Source: Cyanidioschyzon merolae (Eukaryota). From it: a stretch of DNA of 64,000 bases. The stretch lies in the NCBI GenBank assembly GCA_000091205.1, contig AP006500.2; one strand, written 5' to 3'. Under the pieces are notes generated by a model. That model did not search any database and was not told the origin of the DNA. It was given only the letters and a program-made list of their open reading frames with translations. This document shows, one piece after another, positions 1 through 10,600 of this stretch. Numbering within the stretch: position 1 is the stretch's first letter; each line of letters opens with the position of its first letter. Made by a program: the position numbers and the translations under genes.

Positions 1-4
1 TGCT

Positions 5-997
5 GTGCGTGAGCGGTGCACGCATGCTGATACGCGGGAAGTGCACGGAGGCGATGCCCGCTCGAGGCAGCGCTTGTCGTCTGCTGAGCGCGCTACACGG
101 GTTCATGCTGGGGACTCCGAGGCGAATGTCCGTGATGGAGCCATATATCGGGGAACTTCGAAGCAATGGACACCTGGTTCACCGGCTGGAGCGTCTGGTC
201 GCGTTGTTGAGCGTTTCGAACTTGGCAAGGAGCCCGACAGCGATCATGTGTTGGACACTGAGCCAGAGCACGCACAGTCAAGTGCAGTTGTTGACGCACG
301 TTCCAGAGCGGTGCATGTTATGTCTGTGACGGAATTAGAATCCATGAAAGAAGCTCGGTTTCCTCGTTTGCTTGCACCGAAAATGGAACCAGAGCGATTT
401 CCATATGCGTGGTGCTCCGCAGACGAAGCAGCCATCAGGCAAATGTACGCAGCGGATGAGATCGTGCGCATGCCGCGCTCGTGCCGATACGGAGCCGCTC
501 TGGGGCCGTCATCATCGGTACTGCTGCCGTCGCAGGCACCACGGTCGGCGGTGGGGGTTCAGCGCTCGCGTGCGAGCGGCTGGTGGCAGACCCTCGTCAC
601 CGCATTCCATGCGGGTGTCCGCAACTCCACAACGCACACGAATCGTGATGATGATGATGATGGTGATGACGGTGCTTGTGCATTCGCGGGTCAGGTGGAT
701 GACGGGACGCAGTGTCCACCACCGGCCTCGAAAGCGGGTGAAGCGGGCGCGCCGGCATTACGAGGTCTTTCTGAGACTGATTTTGGCCAAATCAGCTCAG
801 AAGGAGCTCATCCAAATGCAGCGCTCCATGGCTCCATGCTTCTACACAGACCAGGGGCGTACAAAGCGACTTTCCTCAATGAGTCCAGATCCTGTTATCT
901 GCAATCTCGGACGCGAACGTATGAACGCATCCGAGCGCTGCGGAGACAGCTGCAAATGCAGCGTCAGCAGCGAACAGCTGATGCCATCAGCACCTAG
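5..997 (+). CDS. hypothetical protein, 5' partial at window edge (acidic D-rich tract); overlaps alternative-frame ORF 372..1253 so frame choice is uncertain
   Basis: Long ORF from the six-frame track with no recognisable domain; GC-rich genomes give long spurious ORFs. Confidence 0.15.
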   Translation: MRERCTHADTREVHGGDARSRQRLSSAERATRVHAGDSEANVRDGAIYRGTSKQWTPGSPAGASGRVVERFELGKEPDSDHVLDTEPEHAQSSAVVDARSRAVHVMSVTELESMKEARFPRLLAPKMEPERFPYAWCSADEAAIRQMYAADEIVRMPRSCRYGAALGPSSSVLLPSQAPRSAVGVQRSRASGWWQTLVTAFHAGVRNSTTHTNRDDDDDGDDGACAFAGQVDDGTQCPPPASKAGEAGAPALRGLSETDFGQISSEGAHPNAALHGSMLLHRPGAYKATFLNESRSCYLQSRTRTYERIRALRRQLQMQRQQRTADAIST

Positions 998-1910
998 AGC
1001 GTTCGACATCGCTATGTGCGTTGAGATACTTGACCTGGGACTCGCACACATGGGCACGCGTGAGCGACTCCGCGTGTCCCATAGAGATATGTATCCAAGC
1101 CGCCTCGATCCTCGAGAGGATCATCTGGTTTGCGACTCGTGTTCCTTGCCGTTCCCTTTGAGTATATACCCGCTATTCACATGTTATGCTTCGTATGCTG
1201 CGCTACAATGTTTCCCCTTTGGGTGTTCGTGGCTGCATCGATTTTCGCCATAGCGCGCCAGGGCGCAGGTGGGCGCGCGGGCTCGTTCGGAACGTCAACG
1301 AGATGCGTTTCCCAGCTTCGCGTCGCCGACAGCAGCAGTGTCCGAGCGAACGGCGCAGCTGTTACAGCATTAGCTTTGGCGTCAGTTGCTCGCTCAAGTT
1401 CATGTTTTTGAATCACTGAGTCCCCGTATGGGAGCGCCACGGGCGGCTGTCCGCATCCTGAGGACTTGCACGAGGCAACGTGCCTGCCGAGCGTCACCGA
1501 GTCTGCGTCCGTCTGGAGCATACCTAGGGCATCTGTATCCCAGAGATGGGCGTATCTCGTCGGGACCGTCAGCCGCCGGTGGTATCCGAACGATCCACTG
1601 GATGGCAACGCGAGGAGTGCGTCTCGACGACACGCAACGCTTGACGGTAGCTGCACTGCCGCACTCGGTCTCTTTCGTTGTGTGCAGCGCCCCGATTCTA
1701 CTCGGCATTGAGAACATACGCTAATCTAACGATGGCATTAGCTGGCAATGGTCATACCAAACGATGCACCCGTGCGCGGTTTCGTAGAAGCGGCCGCAAG
1801 CGAGCGATTACCGTGATGCGCTCCCGGTTCACATCGAGCGTCACATGCCTGGTAATGCGCCTGGTACCGATGATGCGTATCCGAATCGTTTCAGCGTCGG
1901 GGTCTAGATT

Positions 1911-3501
1911 GGTGTCAGCATAAAATGGAGCAGGTCCACGAATACTGGCTAGCTCTCTAAAAAATGGGCCTCTTCTCCTGGCCGTCAGCGCCAGCCACTG
2001 TGGGATTTTTCCGTGACTGCTTCTTGTTTTATGTTTCTTGTATCTGAAATGAAAAACCGCGGTCTGTCCTTTTACTCTAGATCGGTTGTCACTAGTCGAT
2101 GGATATTGAGGAACACGTCCAAGCGCCGATGTGGCCGATTCAAGCTGTTATCGACGAATATCATAGACACTCGATCGTTGTGAGCTACGCTTCACTCGCC
2201 ATTTTCATGTTATTTATACAGAGCCCCAGTGCGTCCTTCGCGGCGGTGGCGCTTAACTCTTTTCAGATGTTCCTATACGCGCACCAAACATCCGCGGGCT
2301 TCTCCTCCTTCTTCTTCGAGCACCGCCACGTGACACGGGAACGCTTGCTTCGTCCCTAACCACACGAACTTGACGGGTAGCGTGGGGTTCCTTCGATGTC
2401 TCACTCCGTTTCCGCGCCTCAGTGCTGTACCCTAGGATGACGGGCGTCGTCGTCGGCAATCTCCTCGGCGAGTGTGCTGTTCGCAGGACACGAAAGCGTA
2501 GGCTGCCCCATTCGGCTGCGGATTTGTGGAACGCGATATTGACCATGACGAAACAGTGTCTGGAAGGAAACCCGGGCCTGACGAAGCACTCGAGAGATCC
2601 AGTTCCATCTACGCTCCGTTCGTGCAGCGGATTTGTGGAACGCGATACTGACCATGACGAAACAGTGTCTGGAAGGAAACCCGGGCCTGACGAAGCACTC
2701 GAGAGATCCAGTTCCATCTACGCTCCGTTCGTGCAGCGGATTTGTGGAACGCGATATTGACCATGACGAAACAGTGCCTGGAAGGAAACCCAGGCCTGAC
2801 GAAGCACTCGAGAGATCCAGTTCCATCTACGCTCCGTTCGTGCAGCGCGGTGAAGCAGCCTCCGATAGAAGCGATCGCTGCGATAACGCAAGTCCGAGTC
2901 CAAGACACTTCTCCATGCAAACCGAAGACACGCGGGCCTCTACGAGCATACCCCGTGCAGCGTCGCACGCTGTTGTTGGCTCGCGCTCCACCGATAGCGT
3001 CAAAACGGGTAGGAATTGTTGTTCGGTCGATTTCAGCTAATGGAGGCGACAAGGTCAGTGAGCTTACGTTATGAGCTTGTACATACGACGTTCAGGGACA
3101 GCATCGACTTTTTCGTTTCCACGTCAATCCACCAGCGCCAACGCCTGCACCAACGAGTTGCTTTGAACGAGAACGATCGAAAACTTGAGCAGTGTCTGTG
3201 CTGCGAGCCTGCTATACGTCGGGCAAGGACAGGTGCGGCGGCTTGTACGCATGCATCGAATAACGATATCCGTTATTTGAGGAAGCCTTGTCTGAGGGCG
3301 TCGCGAATCGTCTCGACCCCAGTGCCGTCACGAATTCCAGCAACGACGAATTGAACGGGAGACACTGCAACAGAGACCGACCGAGACTCCTACAACTGCG
3401 TATCGGTTCGTATGCTCTTATTGCTGAACTTCAAATGTTGAGGCCGTGCTTCTAAAAAATCTTCGGAAAACTATCGAATGGTTAGAATGGAGCGAGCGGC
3501 T
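1911..3501 (+). repeat. Left inverted-repeat arm (~1.59 kb), containing three copies of the 109-bp tandem unit
   Basis: Reverse complement matches 4442..5814 at high identity, by direct comparison of both ends and the internal ORFs. Confidence 0.85.
2520..2846. repeat. Tandem repeat, 109-bp unit x3 (ggatttgtggaacgcgata..ccgttcgtgcagc), inside the left arm
   Basis: Three consecutive near-identical 109-bp blocks read directly at 2520, 2629 and 2738. The only differences are single-base changes (t/c, c/t, g/a). Confidence 0.9.
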
Positions 3502-3529
3502 CAATGCTCTCTATTACGCCGAAACGACT

Positions 3530-4201
3530 CTAAAAGACGCACGTATTAGCTGCTGCTGTACCATCGGCCGAGGCAAAGCGCGTCCGAAGTTGTTCCCATA
3601 CTGCCGCTCTTTCCGATGAGACATCACCAACCGGACTGAGAAACATACTCAGTACCACCTCCTCGCCTGCCTTCTCGTGCCCGAGCAAGCGAATGATGTA
3701 TGTCGGTGTCGAGGGATCACCCCGACTGACGCCCTGTTCAAAACGCGCCGCACGAACGCCGCTGAGAAGAATGTGTAGATCCATGTTGATCGATAAGTCG
3801 ACGACGTTGGCGTAGAGGCCTCGGCGTGGCACCTCAGCGTAGAAGAGTTTCTCGAGGGTTGCGGTCGACTCAAGCACAACCGCCGCGTTCGTCGCGATAA
3901 AACGCAATTCGCCTAACTCCTTGCATGCTTCCAAAAACTCCACAAGACGAGGAAACTTTCCTGCAGCTTGGTCAACCGTCAACCGTCCGGGAGCTTGCGT
4001 TGCCATGCGCACAACGCTTCCCGTGCGCGCACGCCTTCGAACAGGGCGTGCGGCAGCCAGCGACGCGCTGTTCCAGGGCAGCAAACGCGTCCCATGAACG
4101 AGATCACGGTACACTGCCGCACAATGTAGTGCAGTATGTGTGCACCCACTAGATCTTGTGCGTTCTTCAAGCCTCAGCCTATTCAAGCCAGTGACAAACA
4201 T
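3530..4201 (-). CDS. Hypothetical protein in the unique core between the inverted arms; C-terminal half resembles the bacterial ChuX/HutX heme-utilisation fold (tentative)
   Basis: 223-aa ORF. The C-terminal segment ...PTYIIRLLGHEKAGEEVVLSMFL aligns by eye with the ChuX ...HIALIERKF..ASILFFNKEGSAMLKIFL region. This is from memory, not a profile search. Confidence 0.35.
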   Translation of the reverse strand: MFVTGLNRLRLEERTRSSGCTHTALHCAAVYRDLVHGTRLLPWNSASLAAARPVRRRARTGSVVRMATQAPGRLTVDQAAGKFPRLVEFLEACKELGELRFIATNAAVVLESTATLEKLFYAEVPRRGLYANVVDLSINMDLHILLSGVRAARFEQGVSRGDPSTPTYIIRLLGHEKAGEEVVLSMFLSPVGDVSSERAAVWEQLRTRFASADGTAAANTCVF

Positions 4202-4441
4202 CGCTGGAGTTGATCGCAGTCCAAATGGAGATCAGCGAGTGCTGCAATCGATGTCAGCGCCGCTCGCGTTCCATCTTCGCAGGAGCCGTAGAGGAAATCG
4301 TACATGAATGTATATCTAGGGACAGTAATGGACATGAGCGCCTTCGCCCGATGCCGAGTCTCCAGCAGGGCCGGAGGGTCCGTGACGCACCGTCACTGTG
4401 ACGCGCACGTGGAACGCTAGACACACTCAGATGGAAGATGC

Positions 4442-5814
4442 AGCCGCTCGCTCCATTCTAACCATTCGATAGTTTTCCGAAGATTTTTTAGAAGCACGGC
4501 CTCAACATTTGAAGTTCAGCAATAAGAGCATACGAACCGATACGCAGTTGTAGGAGTCTCGGTCGGTCTCTGTTGCAGTGTCTCCCGTTCAATTCGTCGT
4601 TGCTGGAATTCGTGACGGCACTGGGGTCGAGACGATTCGCGACGCCCTCAGACAAGGCTTCCTCAAATAACGGATATCGTTATTCGATGCATGCGTACAA
4701 GCCGCCGCACCTGTCCTTGCCCGACGTATAGCAGGCTCGCAGCACAGACACTGCTCAAGTTTTCGATCGTTCTCGTTCAAAGCAACTCGTTGGTGCAGGC
4801 GTTGGCGCTGGTGGATTGACGTGGAAACGAAAAAGTCGATGCTGTCCCTGAACGTCATATGTACAAGCTCATGACGTAAGCTCACTGACCTAGTCGCCTC
4901 CATTAGCTGAAATCGACCGAACAACAATTCCTACGCGTTTTGACGCTATCGGTGGAGCGCGAGCCAGCAACAGCGTGCGACGCTGCACGGGGTATGCTCG
5001 TAGAGGCCCGCGTGTCTTCGGTTTGCATGGAGAAGTGTCTTGGACTCGGACTTGCGTTCTCGCAGCGATCGCTTCTATCGGAGGCTGCTTCACCGCGCTG
5101 CACGAACGGAGCGTAGATGGAACTGGATCTCTCGAGTGCTTCGTCAGGCCCGGGTTTCCTTCCAGACACTGTTTCGTCATGGTCAATATCGCGTTCTACA
5201 AATCCGCAGCCGAATGGGGCAGCCTACGCTTTCGTGTCCTGCGAACAGCACACTCGCCGAGGAGATTGCCGACGACGACGCCCGTCATCCTAGGGTACAG
5301 CACTGAGGCGCGGAAACGGAGTGAGACATCGAAGGAACCCCACGCTACCCGTCAAGGGCGTGTGGTTAGGGACGAAGCAAGCGTTCCCGTGTCACGTGGC
5401 GGTGCTCGAAGAAGAAGGAGGAGAAGCCCGCGGATGTTTGGTGCGCGTATAGGAACATCTGAAAAGAGTTAAGCGCCACCGCCGCGAAGGACGCACTGCG
5501 GCTCTGTATAAATAACATGAAAATGGCGAGTGAAGCGTAGCTCACAACGATCGAGTGTCTATGATATTCGTCGATAACAGCTTGAATCGGCCACATCGGC
5601 GCTTGGACGTGTTCCCCAATATCCATCGACTAGTGACAACCGATCTAGAGTAAAAGGACAGACCGCGGTTTTTCATTTCAGATACAAGAAACATAAAACA
5701 AGAAGCAGTCACGGAAAAATCCCACAGTGGCTGGCGCTGACGGCCAGGAGAAGAGGCCCATTTTTTAGAGAGCTAGCCAGTATTCGTGGACCTGCTCCAT
5801 TTTATGCTGACACC
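4442..5814 (-). repeat. Right inverted-repeat arm (~1.37 kb), containing one copy of the 109-bp unit
   Basis: Reverse complement of the left arm. It is shorter by ~218 bp, which equals two 109-bp units. Confidence 0.85.
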
Positions 5815-6049
5815 GGTGTAACACGAGACACTTGCCACTGTCGCGCTTCTATCCGCGTGCATGTACGTATGCTCGAGTTACCCGCCCCGTTGCCGGCGAC
5901 GTAATGAACAAGCTCACTTGGCGCACACCTAAAGACTCCCAAGCATCACGCTTTGACAGGCTCTATTATACCACACTCTTTGAAAGAAACAGCGCCACAC
6001 ACAGTATCGACGAGATATCTCGTTGCTATGACCTGCGCGGCGAATACAG

Positions 6050-8782
6050 TCACAAATGCGGATGCTCTGATGCAGCATTGCGACGCTTGTCTCGCGATTG
6101 TTGAGTCGCTTCGGGAACTTGGGTCAACGATACGGGCGCCTCGTACATACTCTGCGCAGCGCCGGTTGGCAGGAGTCCTGCTGACTCCGCTGCGAGCGCA
6201 TCGAGCGACTCTGCCTCTGACGAAGGCTGAAGCGCACCTGACGCTGCTGCGATGAGTTCCTGAAACAACGCATCCAGGCTGTTTTCAGCCAGCATGCGGG
6301 GTCGTAGTTGTTCGACGCGCTCCGAGGACACCAGTCCGGCAGTGAGCAGTGCATCGAAGACAGACATATGTAACGTCGAGTCCACTGGGGCATCGGGCGA
6401 CGTCTGCTCAGGCGAAGAGATCGCAATAAGTGGCTCGCTGGCGTCCTCGTGCTTGTCAGCGGGTGCTGCAGCCACTGGAGCTGTCGTCGTTGCTGATGCC
6501 GTTGTTTCACCGAAAAACAGAGCTAACGAGTCCGCTGCGGGTACCGGATTCGTTGCCACTGGCGCTTGCAGCTCGGTGCTTGTGTCTTGGTGCTTTTCAG
6601 CAGCCTGGTGCTTCGATGCCTCGGTTGACGGTACCAAAGGCAGCGACACATGTAAAAGGTTCGCATTTTCCGGCAGACATGAGGAAAACGTCGCTCCCGC
6701 GGAAGTGCACGCACTCCATGCGCAGAGCAGACAGCCGTTCGTCCATGCACTGGGCACAGCGAATGCTACCGCATCTCGGTTTCTCAGTGCATCTATGGCG
6801 TCTGTGCGAACGTCATCCACTATTGAGGAGGTTCTCAGTGGGGCACACTGCGGATGTGCTGCGGCGGCTTCCGCAGTACCTGCTCGAGGCGTTGGGTCGG
6901 TGTCAATGAGGGTCGTACTCTGCGCTACGCGCGCTTCCATGGTATCCATTACGCTCTCTGGACGAACCGAAATCTTATCGAGCGATTGTGCGCACTCCAC
7001 CGCGTAGCTCAGAACATCTACATCGTCATCTTCGAGGCCAGCGACCAGCAGGCTATTGAGTGCGCGCCAAGCTCGATCCGTGGATGTCCTTCGCGCCGCG
7101 AGCGTTCGAGCAAGACGTAGCAACTCGAGGCGCACTGGTGCAGCCAAGAGCAATCGATGCTGCTGCTGTTGCTGCTGCTGCTGCATCCATCTTCGCAGCA
7201 CCTCGTCGGCGACAGTCCCAATATGATCGATCATCGTGCCTACGATCCAGAGAAAACGACTTTGTGTCGGCGAGTCGGACTCGATCCATGCCGCATTGAG
7301 CACAATCTCTTTTAAGAGATTTTCTGCTTGACTTATGCGTTCCCGAGGCGTCGTCCGTAGCGCTCCCACTGTCATGCGCAGCAGCAGAAGGCCAACAGCA
7401 CCATAGACTGACGGCGATACGACGCTTCGGCTGCGCCAAATGTCGATGAGTTGCGGAATAGCGGCAGCACTGCTTACCGGATGCACTGCTGCCATTAAAG
7501 CCAACGCACGTGCTGCCATAATAGCAAGCTCTTCGCCACGGCACTTCAACAGCGGCACTAGCCGATCCATAATCGTGATGCACAGCGTCTCCTCGAATTC
7601 GACAAGTTTCACCAGGATGCCCAGCTGATGGCGATACACTGCCGGTTCATCAGTGCCGATCGTCGGCACAAACAGGGGCGCGTACCTTGTCAAACACGCT
7701 GGTTCACGCCACGCGAGCACGTGCAGCATTCGCAGGGCCAACACTTTCAGGCCGCTCTCGTGATCCAGCGCGTAGCGAAGCAGCGTTCGCACCACCGTCT
7801 CCGTGACGTCGTTATCGCTGGAGCGCCTCAAATGGTACAGCGTTAGCGCACCGCTCACAGCGACCGCTGCCGACAGGGACTCTACAGCTTTCCTGGCGAG
7901 TCGGTCGACGGCTTGCACAAAGCGGGTAAGCTCTTCACCGCAGAGTGTCTCTGTCATTCGCTCGGGCCGCGTTGTAGTACGCAGTAGGACGTAGCGCAGC
8001 AGCTGATGCAGTGCTATCGGGAGCAGGTTCCCCGGAATCGTCTGGTACTCTTCATCTAGTCGCTCGACCAGCGACACGGGAATGTTGAGCATTGCATCTC
8101 GATCTAGCATGCCCAGTGCTGCAGCAGTTGCAACCAGTACGGGTGCTTCCCGGTCATTTAACAACAACTGCCACAGAGGTGCCGTCAACGCCGAAGCAAT
8201 CTGCTCAACAGGCAGCTGGTGGAGGCTTTGCGCAGGCTCCGCACCGTCGGGCTCGTTCCACGTTAGCACTGGTGGGATACTCAGGGCTGCGGTGAGTCGC
8301 ACTTGCGGATGACGGTCCCGCACACCGCGGTGAATCGCCAACCACATAACCTGGCGTAGAGCGGGAACACGTAGCGAAGTCAGTAGGCGGAGCGCCTGAC
8401 TCCGCACCCAAGGGTCATTGTGCTGCAGGTCCTTAAACAACGCGTTAACCGCCAAGAGGACCAAATGCGGTTCGTCGTCCGCATGCTGCTGCAGGAATAT
8501 GCACACCAGTCGTTTCAGTTCATAGTCTGCTTGCAGCAGATTGCTCACCACGGCGGGTAGCAACTTGGCTACGGGCTGGCCCTGAACGCTGAGCGCTAGC
8601 ACTCTCTTCAGCGCTTCCCTGCGAACCTGTGCGTTGCCCTGTTCAAGCTGGAGTCGTAAAAGTGCCCAGTCTGTGTTCGCATCGTCCAAGTACGAGGCGT
8701 CTGTCCAGTTGCCCGCTAACTGAGACGCCAGCGTTGTCATCGCCGAGGCGGTACAGCCGCGAACTCTCCCCTGGAGCACCAC
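6050..8782 (-). CDS. Adaptin-like AP-complex large subunit with an adaptin N-terminal HEAT/ARM trunk (which AP complex is unresolved)
   Basis: 910-aa ORF. The segment DPWVRSQALRLLTSLRVPALRQV..RGVRDRHPQVRLTAALSI matches the conserved adaptin_N pattern (NPLIRALAlRtm..iRv..i...........D.dPyVRKtAAlcv). A Pro/Ala/Ser/Thr-rich hinge follows the trunk. A polyQ tract sits around nt 7160-7190. Confidence 0.5.
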   Translation of the reverse strand: MVLQGRVRGCTASAMTTLASQLAGNWTDASYLDDANTDWALLRLQLEQGNAQVRREALKRVLALSVQGQPVAKLLPAVVSNLLQADYELKRLVCIFLQQHADDEPHLVLLAVNALFKDLQHNDPWVRSQALRLLTSLRVPALRQVMWLAIHRGVRDRHPQVRLTAALSIPPVLTWNEPDGAEPAQSLHQLPVEQIASALTAPLWQLLLNDREAPVLVATAAALGMLDRDAMLNIPVSLVERLDEEYQTIPGNLLPIALHQLLRYVLLRTTTRPERMTETLCGEELTRFVQAVDRLARKAVESLSAAVAVSGALTLYHLRRSSDNDVTETVVRTLLRYALDHESGLKVLALRMLHVLAWREPACLTRYAPLFVPTIGTDEPAVYRHQLGILVKLVEFEETLCITIMDRLVPLLKCRGEELAIMAARALALMAAVHPVSSAAAIPQLIDIWRSRSVVSPSVYGAVGLLLLRMTVGALRTTPRERISQAENLLKEIVLNAAWIESDSPTQSRFLWIVGTMIDHIGTVADEVLRRWMQQQQQQQQHRLLLAAPVRLELLRLARTLAARRTSTDRAWRALNSLLVAGLEDDDVDVLSYAVECAQSLDKISVRPESVMDTMEARVAQSTTLIDTDPTPRAGTAEAAAAHPQCAPLRTSSIVDDVRTDAIDALRNRDAVAFAVPSAWTNGCLLCAWSACTSAGATFSSCLPENANLLHVSLPLVPSTEASKHQAAEKHQDTSTELQAPVATNPVPAADSLALFFGETTASATTTAPVAAAPADKHEDASEPLIAISSPEQTSPDAPVDSTLHMSVFDALLTAGLVSSERVEQLRPRMLAENSLDALFQELIAAASGALQPSSEAESLDALAAESAGLLPTGAAQSMYEAPVSLTQVPEATQQSRDKRRNAASEHPHL

Positions 8783-10194
8783 ACAGCCGCGTTAGAGGAC
8801 GAGTATTGGCCGTTGCAGTGTACGGCCTGGGCAACAGTGACCTACAGTGCAGAAAGAATCTTGTCCGAAGACGCAGCGAGAAAATCTAGAAACGTACTGG
8901 TCTGAGCTTGCTGAGAAACAAACGCAACTCGAACGAGATGCGTCCAGTAGCACTCGCGCTACCAGTTTTCGGGCAACGGAACGCTGCACCTCCGGAGCCG
9001 CTTCCAGGTTCTACCAGCAACACCAACACCTTGTAAATTTAGACCTGTGCTCGTCCGCAGCGTCAAGGCACGAATCCCCGACTGCCAGGCTTGGGTCCCC
9101 GGTGTTACGGCACGGAGGCGAGGTCGTCCACCGGTGTCTCCTGGGAAATCCTGTCTCACGCTAGCCCATACGCCCTTGTCAGTGTAAAAACGGGAACAAG
9201 TCGACGAATACCGGCGCAGACACTCATGGATGTGTCGCTTATCGATGTCATCAACACGTGTGTGCGCAAGCTTTTTCTGTGAATGCCTCCTTTTCCTCCC
9301 ATACATCTCCGGCTTTCAACACGGTAGTATGCTTTCTTTCCCATGTTTACGGTTGTCAGCAGTCGAGGAATGTTGATGGCATCTTTAAACTACCGATTTC
9401 TCCGTTTCCGGTGAAGGTCTGCGTATTTCATGTACAGGCCAAAATTGCGATCTATATTTCGCTTACCACATTCATCTTCGTTGTACACAGCCTCGGTGGG
9501 CTTTTCTGGCGATGACTATTTGCTATACACAGGCACGCTGATCTATCCATCCAGCTGAGGCGCTCCTTGGAACGCTGCCCCCATAGCGTATGAAGCCAAG
9601 CTTCATCGCCCGGTACACACTCTTGATGGGTTCAGAGAACTATTCTGGACGCCCTATTCGTTTTCCATGCCAGACGCGGCACCTCACCACCAGAGGCTTC
9701 CTCATGGGATTATCCTGTCGGCGAGTGCGCTGCCAGCTGCACATGCCAGAACAGGCTGTTCCGTTCGATCGAGCACTTGTGGAACGAGATTTTCTTCTTG
9801 ACAAATCAAGTACTGGAAGAAAAATTCCAGCAGGGCATCGTTTTGATCGATATCACTCCGTCTACGCCCTCTGGGTGCAAAGCGGTGACGCACGCGCCAC
9901 TGTTCATCGATCGCTGCGATGCCTCAAGACCGAGTCCAGGACCCGTGTTCATGCAAAAAAGAGAAACGAGCATCTCTCGGAGCGTACCCAGCGCCAGGTG
10001 ACATGCTCCTGTCGATTGCTGTTTCGTCGAGAGCTAAAAAGAGAAGTGGATTCCCCTCTCAACGGAATCGATTATTTGACGTGACAAGTTCAGAGAGCTC
10101 TTGGTATGAGCTCGTGAACCAGCCGTCATGGTTGCTTTGGGACAGAAAAATTTCAAGATTTGAAGAATACGTGATCTAGGCATTCAACTGGTTC

Positions 10195-10480
10195 ATAAAG
10201 ACGAAGCGTGCAGTCTTCCATGTATGCATTGGATGGATGATATCGGTTATTGTCACGAACCCGTGTTCCAGGGCGTCGTGAATCCTCTTGATCCCGGTGA
10301 CGTAACGAATTCCAGTGGGAAACCGCCAGAGAAGCCATTCCTGGAAACACAACCAGCAATCCTTGATCCCCTAGTGATGCACTGCGAATATCGCTGCTGA
10401 TCATCTAAAAACATACTTCGGAAGACTAGTTCGAAATGCAAGAACAAAGCGAGCAGTTCAGAGCTCCATTTTATGTTCAT
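10195..10480 (+). repeat. Diverged partial copy of the inner-terminal ~250 bp of the 1.9-5.8 kb inverted-repeat arm
   Basis: By-eye alignment to 3260..3501: gatatcggttattg..ggcgtcgtgaatcctcttgatcccggtgacgtaacgaattccag versus gatatccgttatttg..ggcgtcgcgaatcgtctcgaccccagtgccgtcacgaattccag. Similarity stops where the arm ends. Confidence 0.5.
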
Positions 10481-10600
10481 ACGGGTGCTGCGATCTGCCG
10501 TCGCTGCTCCTTGTTTGCTGCGAGTCATATCCTACCTGCATTTCTGTTTGCGTTCATCAACGTACTTCCAGCGTCCAAGTGACGGGGTTGCGTCTGCCTC

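Larger units (their letters stand above)
1911..5814. mobile_element. Foldback-like composite element: two long inverted-repeat arms flanking a 940-bp unique core. Alternatively, two copies of a ~1.4-kb non-autonomous repeat inserted in inverted orientation.
   Basis: ORF pairs 2099..2359(+)/5366..5626(-) and 3016..3354(+)/4589..4927(-) encode near-identical peptides on opposite strands. Arm ends were mapped by hand alignment. The outer ends start with ggtgtcagcataaaatgg and the inner ends finish with ggagcgagcggct. Confidence 0.5.

Noticed and set aside
372-1253. 293-aa ORF with MMMMMVMTVLV and Arg/His-rich sequence
   Set aside because: It overlaps ORF 5..997 in another frame, has an extreme low-complexity composition and has no motif support. 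It is probably an alternative-frame artefact.
2253-3052. ORFs 2253..2717(-), 2419..2826(-), 2609..3052(-), 2422..2760(+), 2633..3040(+) with repeated peptide segments
   Set aside because: They are generated by reading through the 109-bp tandem repeat (109 is not a multiple of 3, so all frames get sampled). The same peptide blocks recur, and they are not independent genes.
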